From positions 62,001 to 108,497 of the forward strand of contig JBEUKZ010000133.1 of NCBI GenBank assembly GCA_048128005.1: a stretch of 46,497 bases of DNA, in the 5' to 3' direction. The position numbers were made by a program, and so were the translations under genes. This document shows, piece by piece, positions 13,567 to 26,245 of this stretch. Under the pieces are notes generated by a model. That model worked only from the letters and a program-made list of their open reading frames with translations, was not told the origin of the DNA and searched no databases. Position 1 is the first letter of the stretch. Each line of letters starts with the position of its first letter. Origin of the DNA: Veleropilina oligotropha (Eukaryota).

Positions 13567-14624
13567 TACTATGCCTATTGACAGTGAGCAAGTCTTACAT
13601 ATAAGCACATGTTTCTTTCATCGTGCACACATACTATTTACATAATAAATATAAAAAAGCAAATAAACTTATTATTTATCATTTATATTAATATTCATAG
13701 AAAGAATGTTACTGCATCATGATCAATAGTGACAGGCATAACCAAATTATCCATAATAACTGCTATAGTTTGCTATCAGAAAATAATCCATGTAAGCATT
13801 TACCTTAACATAAAAGTAAACAAGTTAAAAAATCACATTTTTGTCCCCAAAGTACTTTTCCAGTAACATGCGTAATTTATAATTAGTATTTGGTTGGTAT
13901 AGTTCACATAATCCAATAAATAATGTTGAATATATCTGATATAACTACATGTACTTACCGTGAAAGCGAATGTTTAAAAATCATCATCTAAACATTTTCC
14001 TTAACCCAAAATCAAAGTTCATATAAAGCATGCTTCAACCCAAAAATATCTCAATAATGTACCTATCATCATTAATAGCATAGTAAGGAGTGACCTACAC
14101 ATAAACTTATTGAAAATTAAAGTCATTGCTTGAGATCAAAGTAGATAAACTTCACCTAAACATTTTCCTTAACGCAAAAGTAAACAAGTAAAAAAATCAC
14201 ATTTTTATCCCCAAAATATTTTTTCAGTAACAAGCTTAATTAATTTTGAATTAGTACTTGGTTGTTAGGTCATATGATCCAATAAATAAAAGTTGAATAT
14301 ATCTGATATAGCTAATTACCCTGAAAGTAAATGTTTAAAAATCATCATCTAAACATATTCCTTAACCCAACATCAAAGTTCATATAAAGCATGTTTCAAC
14401 CAACAAATACCTCAATAATGTGCATATTACCATTAATAGCATAGTAAGGAGTGACCTAAACATAAACTTATTGAAAATTAAAGTCATTGCTTGAGATTAT
14501 AGAATATATACTTCACCTAAACATTTTCCTTAACACAAACTGGAGTCACCGACGCCGACGACGACGCCGACGTACGAGCTGCTGATGACAATAGCTCTAC
14601 TGTTCTTCGAACAGGCAAGCTGAA
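13567..14624 (+). mobile_element. Helentron/HINE-like element with internal ~360 bp tandem repeat
   Basis: Two long units from ~13800 and ~14165, a (GACGCC/GAC)n microsatellite, and 3' hairpin agctctactgttcttcgaacaggcaagct. Confidence 0.6.
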
Positions 14625-15010
14625 ATGTCTTAGGCGATATAATTATGACCTTTCAAAAAAATTAGAACTATAGTCATTTGTGCTCATGCAAACACTAATC
14701 AATTAATTTTGTCAGTAATCTATTTATGCGTTATGGTAATCGTTAAACTTGACAGTCCTTCTCGTGATTTGAACCATAATTTTATATAAGAAAGTCTCAA
14801 AATATTTGTCTTTAGATATAAGGCTAGATTAGAATGGCGAAAGCGTTGGTCCAAGTTCTACTCGTACACATTATGCTGCTTCGCGTATGGGTGGATTCGA
14901 AGATTTAACAACAACAACAGTCACAGTAGTCCATATCTGGTCGGAACGGGCGATTTTACCCGAGAGAGAAATATATGACGCAATGTTCCAATCCAACCCA
15001 AATCGAGGGA

Positions 15011-15268
15011 GGGATGAATAATGCTTAATGTCCTGTATATTTACAACATCGAGGTTCAAGGCATGACATGTCCGTGTTATCGCGGGAGGAAACCCCGGTC
15101 GCCCGGGTAAAACCGCCATCATCGGCCAGTCACGGACAACTGTGATTCATAACTTGAACAAATTTCAATGCCTCAGCCAGGTATTGAACCCACTACTGTT
15201 CGCATTAGCGGAATCAAGCAAGTGGATTTAGAGTGGACACTCTTACCCACTGCGCTGCCGAAGCGGCC
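15011..15268 (-). mobile_element. tRNA-derived SINE, family A
   Basis: Minus-strand head ggccgcttcggcagcgcagtggg (A box), gggttcaatacc (B box), TCCC tail. Nearly identical to 28145-28408. Confidence 0.85.
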
Positions 15269-15326
15269 CCCAATCGAAGGGGCTGAGGTTTTCCATCATC
15301 ATTTGTCTTGATGCAAGGTACAATAA

Positions 15327-15572
<246 letters not shown>

Positions 15573-15784
15573 TGAGTGACATCATGAGAGGGAATTGGAC
15601 AACTGTCTTCTATGAACTATATAATTAATATGATGCATTTAGTAGGTTCTGAAATAGATGGAATTTTTGTAAAATTTGCTTTCTTCATGCAATATTAAAT
15701 ATCGAAAGTTCTGATACAAGGTTTTACATATATATCATTTATAATATAGTTTTATAATTTATAACTTTTATTCGCCGATTTCAG

Positions 15785-15847
15785 GATGTCTTCCTTATCT
15801 GTTTCTCTCTAATCAGTCCGGCGAGCTTTGATAACGTAAGAGTTAAG
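15785..15847 (+). CDS. Rac1: Rac copy 1, exon 4 (DVFLICFSLISPASFDNVRVK)
   Basis: tttcag acceptor, 63 nt, GTGAG donor at 15848. Confidence 0.96.
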
Positions 15848-16424
15848 GTGAGTATATCAGATAAATATCATTTAAAGGTTTCCAAGATAGCTTATTGAAG
15901 TTGAAACAATTTTACAAATATAATCTCTCTTAAAACAAGTGTAATAATGTATCCCAACCAAATCAGCGCCCAGTGAAGGCAATATATACGTAAATTTATT
16001 TTACTCGAGGAATATGGATTATTACCATGTGAGACTTTCGTCTCCTCTGTAGTACAGACTTCATCACAAAATACAAATCCATATATACTGCTTGTGTAAA
16101 ATAAATTTACGCATAAAGTATGACAATATCTTATATTAATTAAACACCTATTATCTGTACGGTAGACGGGTTATATTCAAATTTGAAGCAGAATTTCAAT
16201 CAGGAACAATTGCATTCAAAAGGTAAATGCTTAAGGGTATAAAAATCATCCCCATTTTCTGTTATTTAAACTGTCAACAGTGCGAAGCTATTGACAAGAT
16301 CATAATAATTATGTCTACAACTTTATTGGAATTATTGCGAATATTCGTAAATAACTTTCACAGATATATTTTTCAACCAATTCAATATGTACCACAAATG
16401 ATTGTTGTCATGTTTAATTTTCAG

Positions 16425-16715
16425 TGGTACCCCGAGGTCAACCACCACTGTCCGGACTCGCCCGTCATGCTGGTGGGCACCAAGCTGGATTTACGTGACG
16501 ATAAAAAGGCGATAGATAAATTGAAGGAAAAGAAACTGGCCCCTATAACATACACACAGGGTCTAGCGATGCAAAAGGAGATTGAGGCTGTTAAATACGT
16601 CGAGTGCTCGGCGCTGACGCAAAAGGCACTCAAAACCGTCTTTGACGAGGCAATTAGGGCCGTCCTATGTCCTAAACTTATAATTAAAAAAGTGAAAAAG
16701 TGCAAATTTTTGTAG
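16425..16715 (+). CDS. Rac1: Rac copy 1, last coding exon (WYPEV...TKLD...CSAL...KKVKKCKFL stop)
   Basis: ttttcag acceptor, 291 nt to TAG. Has G4/G5 motifs, polybasic tail and CaaX box. The five exons sum to 579 nt = 192 aa + stop, the length of Rac1. Confidence 0.97.
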   Translation, partial: WYPEVNHHCPDSPVMLVGTKLDLRDDKKAIDKLKEKKLAPITYTQGLAMQKEIEAVKYVECSALTQKALKTVFDEAIRAVLCPKLIIKKVKKCKFL

Positions 16716-16940
16716 ACCTGTTTTCGAACGTATTGTTATTATCGTTTGTATAAAACGAAAACATGGTTTTTGTATAATGTTCTGTAAGACAAATGTTTGA
16801 TTGTACAATAGGACCATGTATCGTAGTTTATTTTAGAAAGAGGTCGTAACCCTTAGTTCAGAAATATTCTAAAACTTTGAGCTTATACTTCTTACTTGTT
16901 GTGTATATTCGAGCAAGTCTATTTTACAAATGGATTGCAG

Positions 16941-17322
16941 TTCAGTTCAGTTCAGTCCCATGGCCGGTGATGACCGTCGGGGCATTTTGATGACAACACC
17001 GTCCTTCTCCACTTCTCCCGATCCTCCGCAACCCGCATGCATTCCACCACGCTCTTCCCCGTCCACTGCTCGACATCCGACAGCCATGTAGCCTTCGGCC
17101 TTCCCCTTCCCCGGACTCCATCTATTGCGCCATGCATTATTGTGTGGGCTAGAGATCCCACACATCGAGTGACATGACCGAACCATTGTAGTTTGCGTCG
17201 TCTTGCTACTTCCAGAAGTGGTTCGTAGTCACCGATCAATCCTCTGATTCTTCCTTCGACTTCTGCATTTGTCATCTTCATTTTCCATGTTATTCCCATT
17301 ATTCTCCGATAGCAACGTAGTT
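16941..17322 (-). mobile_element. 5'-truncated RTE-clade (BovB-like) LINE downstream of the Rac copy 1 stop
   Basis: Open frame FELRCYRRIMGITW...RRRKLQWFGHV...GRGRP..W...DREKWR, (CTGAA)3 tail, 14-bp TSD caaatggattgcag at 16927-16940 and 17323-17336. Confidence 0.93.
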
Positions 17323-17599
17323 CAAATGGATTGCAGGTGACAGTAAATGAAAAATATTGCAAACTGTTGACCATGTATCATCGTTTCTTTGAGAAAGGGG
17401 TACGTAATCCATAGTTCATAAATATTTACAACTTTGAGCTTATACTTCTTTCTTGTTACATATATTCGATGAAGTGTATTTTAAATTGCCGGTGACAGTA
17501 AATTGAAGAAAGAGTTAACTGATCATTGTATTAGCTTTTCATATTTTTGAAAGTCATCGAAGTCCAAGCAACTTAATATTCAAATTTGATATTGGCACA

Positions 17600-18240
17600 T
17601 CATTTTCCCTACCCTTAGCTAGTTGTAATCATTTCCACTCTCCTTAGATAGTTGTAATCATTTCCCCTATCCTTAGCTAGTTGTAATCATTTCCACTATC
17701 CTTAGATAGTTGTAATCATTTCCACTATCCTTAGATAGTTGTAATCATTTCCACTATCCTTAGATAGTTGTAATCATTTCCACTATCCTTAGCTAATTGT
17801 AATCATTTCCCCTATCCTTAGATATTTGTAATCATTTCCACTATCCTTAGCTAGTTGTAATCATTTCCACTATCCTTAGATAGTTGTAATCATTTCCACT
17901 ATCCTTAGATAGTTGTAATCATTTCCCCTATCATTAGATAGTTGTAATCATTTCCACTATCCTTAGATAGTTGTAATCATTTCCACTATCCTTAGATAGT
18001 TGTAATCATTTCCACTATCCTTAGATAGTTGTAATCATTTCCACTATCCTTAGATAGTTGTAATCATTTCCCTTTCCTTCGCTGGTTGTACGTAGTCATT
18101 TTCTCTACCCTTAGCTAGTTGTAATTATTTCCCTTTCCTTAGCTAGTTGTGGTCATTGTCCATTCCCTTAGCCAGTTGTGATCATATTCCCTACCCTTAG
18201 CTAGTTGTAGTCATTTTCCCTTACCTTAGATGTTGCAATA
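17600..18240. repeat. 29-bp minisatellite (ccttagatagttgtaatcatttccactat)n, about 20 units
   Basis: Read directly from the sequence; edges degenerate. Confidence 0.95.
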
Positions 18241-18815
18241 ATTTTCCATAACATTAGCTAGATGTAGTCACTAGTCACTAGGATTTTGTGAAATGATTTT
18301 AAATATTGTCTCATGACATTGGCTGCGATACTCTTCTTCCAATGTTGTACATGAACGCATGCCGGTGCAAGAAAAGTCACAAGACAGAATGTATTTGTAT
18401 ATTCATGCAATGCTCTTTGGTAGGAGTTGCAAAACATATTCTTTAATCGGGACACTGGACAAAAATAGTGATATATTGAGGGAATTTTTTCTGGTGAATG
18501 ACCCTTAACATTACAATGGAAAGCCATTCGAGAGAAAAACGAAACTATACCCATTTCCGTCATACGCGAAAATAGCCGGAGCTAGTATGCAGACAAAACG
18601 TAATGGACACATCATTAATTTAGTTCTCAAAAACAACACAGCATAACTGACGGAAATGTACCACGATAATTCAAATTCGTCAAAATGATAGAATTTTTAA
18701 CGATTAATGTTTAATGTTGTTTTGGATAGAAATATTGTATGTCAAGAAATATCTATGTCATTAGTATATATATATAGGCCTAGGTCAGTTGGATATAATG
18801 CTTTTTGTTGTCTGC

Positions 18816-18821
18816 AATAAA
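18816..18821 (+). promoter_or_regulatory. Candidate polyadenylation signal of Rac copy 1
   Basis: First AATAAA I could find after the stop. Conserved in copy 3 (tttatt 41478-41483 in the same context). Confidence 0.4.
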
Positions 18822-19799
18822 AAGAGATAATTTGATTTTCTCATGTGTAAGTATATTTCATTACATATAATTTATTCATTGTGTTATGTCCTAGATTACA
18901 ATAATATAATTATGTCCTAAGGTAATAATAAATTTGAGTTATTTGATTGCAGTTTATGAGTACGTCAAGGCGAAAGCCTTTGTCCATTTTGCATTTTAGT
19001 GATACGGAATATGCTTTAAGATATGTTGATAGGAGACAACTTACACTATTATTACTTAAATATGTTATATCATTCACAGATGATACAGCCATGCATGTTT
19101 ATGGGAAAATGCAGGGGATTACAGGACGGAATACTGTGTTCAGGGTTTTATTGTCATAGAGGTGGGGTGAATCGGTTTAATTTTACGGTAACATTTTTGA
19201 CAATTTTTCAGTCGTAGGCCTATATCTGGAGACGGAACTGTGGTGTAACGTCTCCATCGAAGGACGGGTGAGGGGTTTATAAGCCAGCCCTTCTATTAGT
19301 TTTCATCGTTTGAATAAGCCACTCCGGGACGGGAGTCGAACCGTAATTTTACCGTCCTCCTTTTCCCACTTTTCAGACTCTCTACCATGCAGTTGAGCTA
19401 TAGATGACAGTTATATTGTCATAGAAGAAGCGAAACTGTTAACGTTAAAACCTTGTTAAAACGGAATAATTTATACAATATGCGAAAAAATATACCACTC
19501 AAAATTTGAAAAGCATCAGATATTCATGTTGCAATTCCATTATGAGAAAGCGTCTGCGTTGTTGAATATTGCATATCGTTGTCTTAACGGATTCATCCTC
19601 AGTACATTCTGTGATTTTCGACAAGATAAACATTCCAAATGCCTTCGGATTGAACCTGAACGTGGGGTCACCCCAATTTTCATTATTTTCGGGGTATTGG
19701 TGGACGTTTCACTTTAAACCAAAACAATTTGAATCGTGATTCTATGGTTCTGAGATCCTTGTCTGGTTAGTGCCTGTATGTTTCAGACTTCAATAAGGC

Positions 19800-20830
19800 C
19801 TCTTTGATTCCGTCTTGGAACATAGTACATGGCACGAAGTATGGGGATGCTCGAAAAAGCAAGTCGGTGAAATGCTGCTTCTGAGCTTTATGTGAAACAA
19901 ACATCATCTCCAGGTCATGAGCTCATTTCAGTGAGATTGGTGGCATTGACAGGATTGGAGGTTGTGGTTGAGAGAGGGTTAGCACGCACCGACCAGATCG
20001 GTATCTCGTCATAACCGCCGCCATAAATCTGATGACAAGTGCCACAACACTATGATATAACCTTCAAAATGTCACTGGTGTCAATATTTCTATGCAAACC
20101 GTTCGCAATAGGTTTCAAGCGACTGGGTTGAGAGCGAAACGGAAAACTCTCTATGTCGCCATGATTGCTGCACCTCGAAAGCATCGCCTTGAATGGTCCA
20201 CACAACACTTCAACTGGACACGAGTCTTCCGGGCTAATGTGTTATTTACTGATGTATCTCGTCATTGTCTAGAGTTCACCACGATGGAACCCGGATGTGG
20301 TGTCGAACAAATGAGACATTCGCAGACTTTAATGTGATATCGGGTCAATGCTTACATGGGGCGGTATTAGGACTACATGTTACACATGTATGTATTTCAT
20401 CCAGAATAGCTCTTTGACAGCTGATAGTTACAGAGAATATATCATAGACCCGTTTGTCAGACTGTATGCGAGTGCCACAGGCACCGGCTTCGCGTTATTG
20501 GATGACAATACCATGCCACACAGAGGTGCAGTGTTGAAGCAGTATCAATAATATAATGAACTAGTGGGCATGCTCGTCGGATATGAATAATATGTAGCAT
20601 GCTTTTGCCAGGTTACAGACAATATGTAGCATGATTTTGCCAGGTTACAGACAACGATATCACCACGGTCAGAACCGACCAATCTGGCGAAGCTCGGAAA
20701 GTCCAATCTAGAGAGGTGGAAGAATGCTCCTACGCTAGCATGTACGAATTTGATTGGGGCCAGCTAGGATAGGACGTTTCCAGGCGGTTATTAATGTGAG
20801 AGGAGGTCATATTAGTTATTATTAGAGTCC
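19800..20830 (+). mobile_element. Decayed Tc1-type transposase remnant
   Basis: QTVRNRF..TGLRAKR, RLEW, VLFTDVSR, MLTWGGI and DDNTMPHR motifs in broken frames. Confidence 0.85.
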
Positions 20831-20859
20831 ATAAAAACACAATAAAACTGTTATAATGA

Positions 20860-21622
20860 CTATTATTATCAGATGACGGGGCCGTTACTAGTGGGATAAC
20901 TTGATTTTGAGTGGACGGTAAATCTCTATAACGGCCCGATCAGCGGGCCGTTATTGCCATTAGCGACCCGCCGTTTTGTCACGTGACGTGTGAGTATGTG
21001 ATCGGTGCCATGTTTGCAAAGTCTAGCAGACGACATTTACAATTACTAGTTATTTGAGGATTTACCGATGAAAAATAGGAAAAGATGGTATTTTCTTCCA
21101 AAATCGTTGTCGAATTGTCATCAAAATAAGGTAAGAGATTGTATCTTATAACCATGTGTCGTTTATAAGAACTGTAATATTTTTTTAGTTCTGAAGAACG
21201 CATAGAAGACACGACTAAATTAGTTCACCAAATGATACAAAAAACACCAGAAATCATGTTTAATGTGTCGGCTTTGTAAATGTTATCATTTTAAAACACG
21301 TTTTAAGAATGATTTTGATAAAAATTCCACTTTAATTTGTTAATTTCCATCGAAAATTGAATCGAAGCGACAACAAAATGGCTGCCACTTTGAAATGAAA
21401 TTAACACGCACATAGTAAAAATAATCTACGTGCGGAAAAAAATCTTTGCGCCCACTAAAGTGCAAACTACCCTTTTATAGTATCTGATAATAATAGTAAT
21501 AACATGGTTTGGGCGGGCGTCATGAATGATTATTGGCCCTCCAGTCAAGACTGTCAGGCCAATAATAATTCATGTCTGGCCAATAAAACAGCACAGCGCC
21601 CTTCAAAACCATGTTATTGTTA
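20860..21622. mobile_element. Non-autonomous element with inverted repeats plus terminal hairpin
   Basis: ctattattatcagat (20860) / atctgataataatag (21482), followed by hairpin aataacatggttt...aaaccatgttatt. Confidence 0.65.
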
Positions 21623-23654
21623 TATTCTTTATTCATTTCCAAATTCTGCTCCTTTTCTAAATGAACTGGTGTGTCCGCTTTTAGCTGAGTTTAAATGATG
21701 GCATGTAACATTACTATTGTATTCCTAACAAAAAAGTTATTTCTGTAATGATGTTTTTTAATTAAATTTATTGAAATTAATCATTTGATCCTTTTCACAT
21801 TTTGAGTAGTATAAATTTTAGATATCTTAAAATGGTGATAGCTACAATAACAAAAATGTAATATACCACAAAGAACAATGTCAGAACAAGGTTCAAAGAT
21901 GGTTGTCTGTTCCATTTTGAAATACAACTGTGAATTACGGTAAGAGATGTTGAAAAAGCTTGTGATTATGGTGTCAGGTGACGTACAAGGAAAGAAAGTA
22001 GACCCCCTTACATAGAACTGTTTACAAGCCAGATTCCCTAATTGTTTTTTTCTGTACCTGACGCAAGGCACAAAAATTAAAATGTGTACTTTCTATTGAA
22101 AAAATGATTGAATACACCAATTTGGTGGCAAAGAAAAGATGTCACAATTCTGCGTATGGTCTTTGTGGTTCTTACTAGAATTTTAAACTCATATGCGTAC
22201 TGCTCATTGGTGGGCTCCATCTGTCCGAATAAAACATTGGCGTTGACGACAAGGTTTTTAACTTTAAATATTAGTATGTAATTTTCACAGACAATTTAGA
22301 TGAAATCCAGCTCTTCATTCCTCCGTTCCGAGTGTAGATCCGTCGCTATGCTCTACCCATTGCCCAAACGCAAAACTACAGATCCGACCTTTGCCTCCAA
22401 GATTCTGTTCAAGTATTTTAAAAAGATTATTACTTACTTTATCGCGACCACGGTAACAGTTTGATTTTGGGTGACATTTTATGATTAAGAGTAAGATAAG
22501 TGATATATGAAACCGATCCAAGAGAATAAACGCATTCACAAACCATCGACCGAAAATCATAAATTTTCGCCGAAATTGACATAAAAGAACATATATATAC
22601 GTTCTCGGTTGATAGATAAACTAACAACGATTCAAGTTAATATATAAACGGTTTTTATGAACTGTACTCTAATATTATTTATGCAAATTGAATGTAATGA
22701 GACAATTCAAAGATTGTTCATTTCGCACATAAATCCCTGAAATACTAATGGTAGATATTCCCTTCAAGAAAGTGATTCGGGGTTAATCGGCTACCCTAGT
22801 AATGAATATAATATTATATACTTTGCACATATTTGGGGTAATTTGACTATTTGAAAGCAAATACCAGGACTGTCTCATTTATAAGTTTCTATCGCATTGT
22901 CGTTCAGTGTCAAAGTCCTTTACGTGGTCAGCATATATCCTTGAAAACGTATTATTCATCTTTGTTGTCTACAATAATGAATCTGGTGACATTTGACGGA
23001 GAAGTAAAGAAGGGGGACCCCCTTACATATATACTGACGCAAGACACAAAATAACAAGGTCAACTATAGGCTACGCCTACGGTATGTTATAATTATAATG
23101 TCTAAATATACGACAGTTACTCTAATAATGAACTCGACCTTATGATATGTCGATTTATTTGTCAATAATTGTCATAACCGTATATTCTTAATGACCTGTG
23201 ATTTGCAGTCTAATTTGAATAACTTTTAAAGAAAATTATGTTATCGGTTCCTGCATTGCAGCGCGATAAAGAAAGAATCCTGCCTGTACGATTAATGTGT
23301 TTCACGTAATGGTTTGAATTTGTATTGATGCTTGATTGCGCAACAAGACAACAGTGTAGATCCAACTTGAAATAAATTTAAATATCGTCGAATTGAGAAG
23401 AAAATGAAAACTCAGGAGATATGTCACGCAGATGACTTAACCGCCTTGAAATATGCCGAACCAACATCTTATTTAGTGAATGTGGGCTAAATTTGACATT
23501 GAACAACAATTATTGTATCCTTGTATATTGGTGTCATTGTGTATATTTAATAATTGTTAACAGACTTGGAAGTACATTTCACAATGCTTTATGATGATAA
23601 GTATTAGATAATACTGAGGCAATAATAATAACTTCCTTTTAATTTAAATATATT

Positions 23655-23800
23655 TAACGTTATCCTGGGGCGGCGAGTTTGATACGTAAGTTTATCCTGT
23701 TATCTTTGAAAATATCACACGAGACGAAGTCGAGTGTGATATTGTCATAGCGAACAGGATATACGTACGTATCAAACGAGAAGCCGCAGGGTAACATTTT
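23655..23800. repeat. ~140 bp imperfect palindrome (transposon terminal hairpin)
   Basis: gtttgatacgta..atcctgtt..aatatcacac gagacgaagtcga gtgtgatatt..aacaggat..tacgtatcaaac. Confidence 0.8.
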
Positions 23801-23953
23801 TATTTTCATTTTTGTTAAATTATCTTACTTTATATGCCTGTCAATGCTGAACAATGACTAAGCAATGAATAACGTCATGTTAAATTGCACCTTACGGTTT
23901 ATTCTAAGTGCAAAATAACCTGGATATTTGAAAACCTGAGGAATAGTTGAGTC

Positions 23954-24062
23954 ATATACATTAATTGTATATGATGTATATGATATACATTAATTGTATA
24001 TGATGTATATGATATACATTAATTGTATATGATGTATATGATATACATTGATTGTATATGAT
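23954..24062. repeat. 29-bp tandem repeat, about 4 units
   Basis: (gatatacattaattgtatatgatgtatat)n. Confidence 0.9.
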
Positions 24063-24081
24063 TGAATCTCAAAGAAATATA

Positions 24082-26245
24082 CACTCAGCAAAATTGAAAA
24101 CTTGACACATCCTAAATTTGATGTATTTTTTGTTCTAAATCTGTTAGTGTACATAAATTTGTAAATTATTCTAAGAAAATAAGCCATCTAACACATTGAC
24201 GAAGAAAAAGTGTTTTTTAATAAGTGATTTTTCAGACATTTGAATTGACACACCCTCAAAATTGAAGTTAACACAAACATAAATTAAAGATTTGAAGAAC
24301 GTCAGTAGCGATTATGACCACCACGAGCGTCCATTACTGTTACACATCGTCTCCTCATGGACTGCAGAATACGCCTGAACACTCTAACCGGAAGTCGGCC
24401 CATTGGTGGATCAGATCCCTGCCAAGTTCCGGAAGTGTCTGTGGCTGTACCCGCTGCCTTCTCAACCTTCTGCCAGGCTCATCCCAGATGTGTTCAATGG
24501 GGTTGAGATCTGGAGAAAGTGATGGCCATTCCATGACGTCAACATTTGCAGTTTGAAGCAGGTTACGTGTCAGTCTTGCAGTGTGCGGCGTAGCATTGTC
24601 ATGTTGAAATGTGAGGCCATGACCATATGTTGTCTGTAGAAGGGCAACAAAACTGGATTGAGGACCTGATCCATGTACTGTGCTGCCGTCATATTTCCTT
24701 GGATGACAATCAAGGGTGTTCTGGCGTTAGCTGTGTATGCTCCCCAAACCATGACACTGCCACCTGCAAACCTGTCAATCTCCATGACACAAGCTGAGGC
24801 ATATCGCTCCCTTCTCCTACGCCACACCCTAACACGTCCATCAGCAAATCAGAGTGTGAAACGAGCCTCGTTACTAAAGATGACTCTGTTCCACTGTCTC
24901 TGGGTGAATCTGGGGTGTTCTCGAGCCCATGCCCAAACGTCGAGTCACCATCTCCGAAACATCGGTCATGTCGTAAGAGACTGACAGAATCAACGACCAA
25001 GCAACTTGTACAATCTCTGGTGATATCGCGCCTTGACTATTGCAATAGCCTGCTATGTGGTTTACCATCTGAAATTCTATCGAAGCTTCAACTCGTTCAA
25101 AACAAGGCAGCTCGTCTTATAACAAGGACCAAGCGTCGCGACCATATAACTCCCATTTTAATCAAGCTCCACTGGCTACCGATCAAGGACAGAGTAGACT
25201 TTAAGTCATTACTCCTTGTTTTCAAGGCTATGTCCAACAAAGCCCCGGGTTATATTCGGAGCCTCCTGGTTGACTATGCGCCTCGTCGCTCATTACGATC
25301 TGCACATAAAGACTTGTTAGATGTACCAATGACTAACATGCGCTCAGTCGGAGATCGAGCCTTCTCGGTTTACGCACCACGACTCTGGAACACATTGCCC
25401 AGCGATATAAAACATGCAAAAACTGTTCCAGCTTTCAAATCCAAGCTTAAAACCTACCTCTTCAAGATGGCATACAACTGACTGTGTTCCAACTCAGCGC
25501 ATTTGAACATTGCGACAATGGAAATTGCGCTATATAAGAATCAATTTTATTATTATGCAACCCGTTGACGTCGATGGAGTGGAGTCAATATCGATCCTGT
25601 ATACGGCCTTCGCGCTCGAAGGCCAGCAGCTCTAAGACGGTTTCTGATGGTCTGGGGTGTCACACGACGTTGAAAGAGTTCATTACTGGCTGAAGTTGCC
25701 GTCACAAAACGATTCCGAAGATGACGTAACCGGATTTGTTGGTCTTCATTTGGAGTCGTAACACCTCGGGCACCTGGACGTGGGCGATCTGCTGTGGTTC
25801 CAGTTCCTTGGAGACGTGTTCTCAGATTGTGGATCGTCTGTCGACTGCATCCAAATATTCGCGCAACTTCCGCCACAGACTGCCCAGCCGCTAACCTTCC
25901 GATGGCGCGCTCCCTGTCCTGGCATGAAAGACGCGGCATTGATTAATTTCTCAGATCAATAAACTTTCTTTATGTTTTTCGGAAGAAACACTATCGAAAC
26001 GACGCAACGACTGTCTCTTTCGGAAGAAATGATGTAGGCCTACAGTAGCAATTTCGGAGCGGAAATTGACATTTCTTGAAAATTTCGTCCTGCACGTGCA
26101 TTTCAAGAACAATCTGATCAAGATTCACGATTTTCAAACGGTTGTGTCATGGTCAGCAATGTTATGTTATTGATTTTCACATATTTTTAATTTTTCCGAT
26201 TTTATTTTAAAAAACCATTTGTCAAGTTTTCATTTTGGCTAAATA
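24082..26245 (-). mobile_element. Full-length Tc1 DNA transposon (DD34E type), inactivated
   Basis: TA-flanked 26-bp TIRs. HTH N-terminus ORF 25553..25939. GGSVMVWG, FQHDNATPH and WPSLSPDLNPIEHIW motifs downstream with frameshifts/stops. Confidence 0.93.
24933..25554 (+). mobile_element. 5'-truncated L2-clade LINE nested in the Tc1 transposase
   Basis: LVISRLDYCNSLL, LQLVQNKAAR, HITPIL..LHWLP, GDRAFS..APRLWN.LP, FKSKLKTYLF. 3' agcgc..gcgctatataa stem and (TAT)n tail. atgc repeated at both junctions. Confidence 0.94.

Noticed and set aside
15170..15268. Functional tRNA genes at SINE heads
   Set aside because: A/B boxes are present but joined to a common body, tail and TSD; I could not fold a cloverleaf.
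16227..16424. N-terminal part of the 162-aa ORF as coding
   Set aside because: Intron 4 sequence upstream of the acceptor ending 16424. The same applies to the non-exonic ends of ORF 15339..15575.
16421..16705. Antisense 94-aa ORF over the last Rac exon
   Set aside because: Shadow frame of the real exon; no independent features.
17600..18240. 29-bp repeats as a CRISPR array
   Set aside because: Head-to-tail units with no unique spacers, no cas genes, eukaryotic context.
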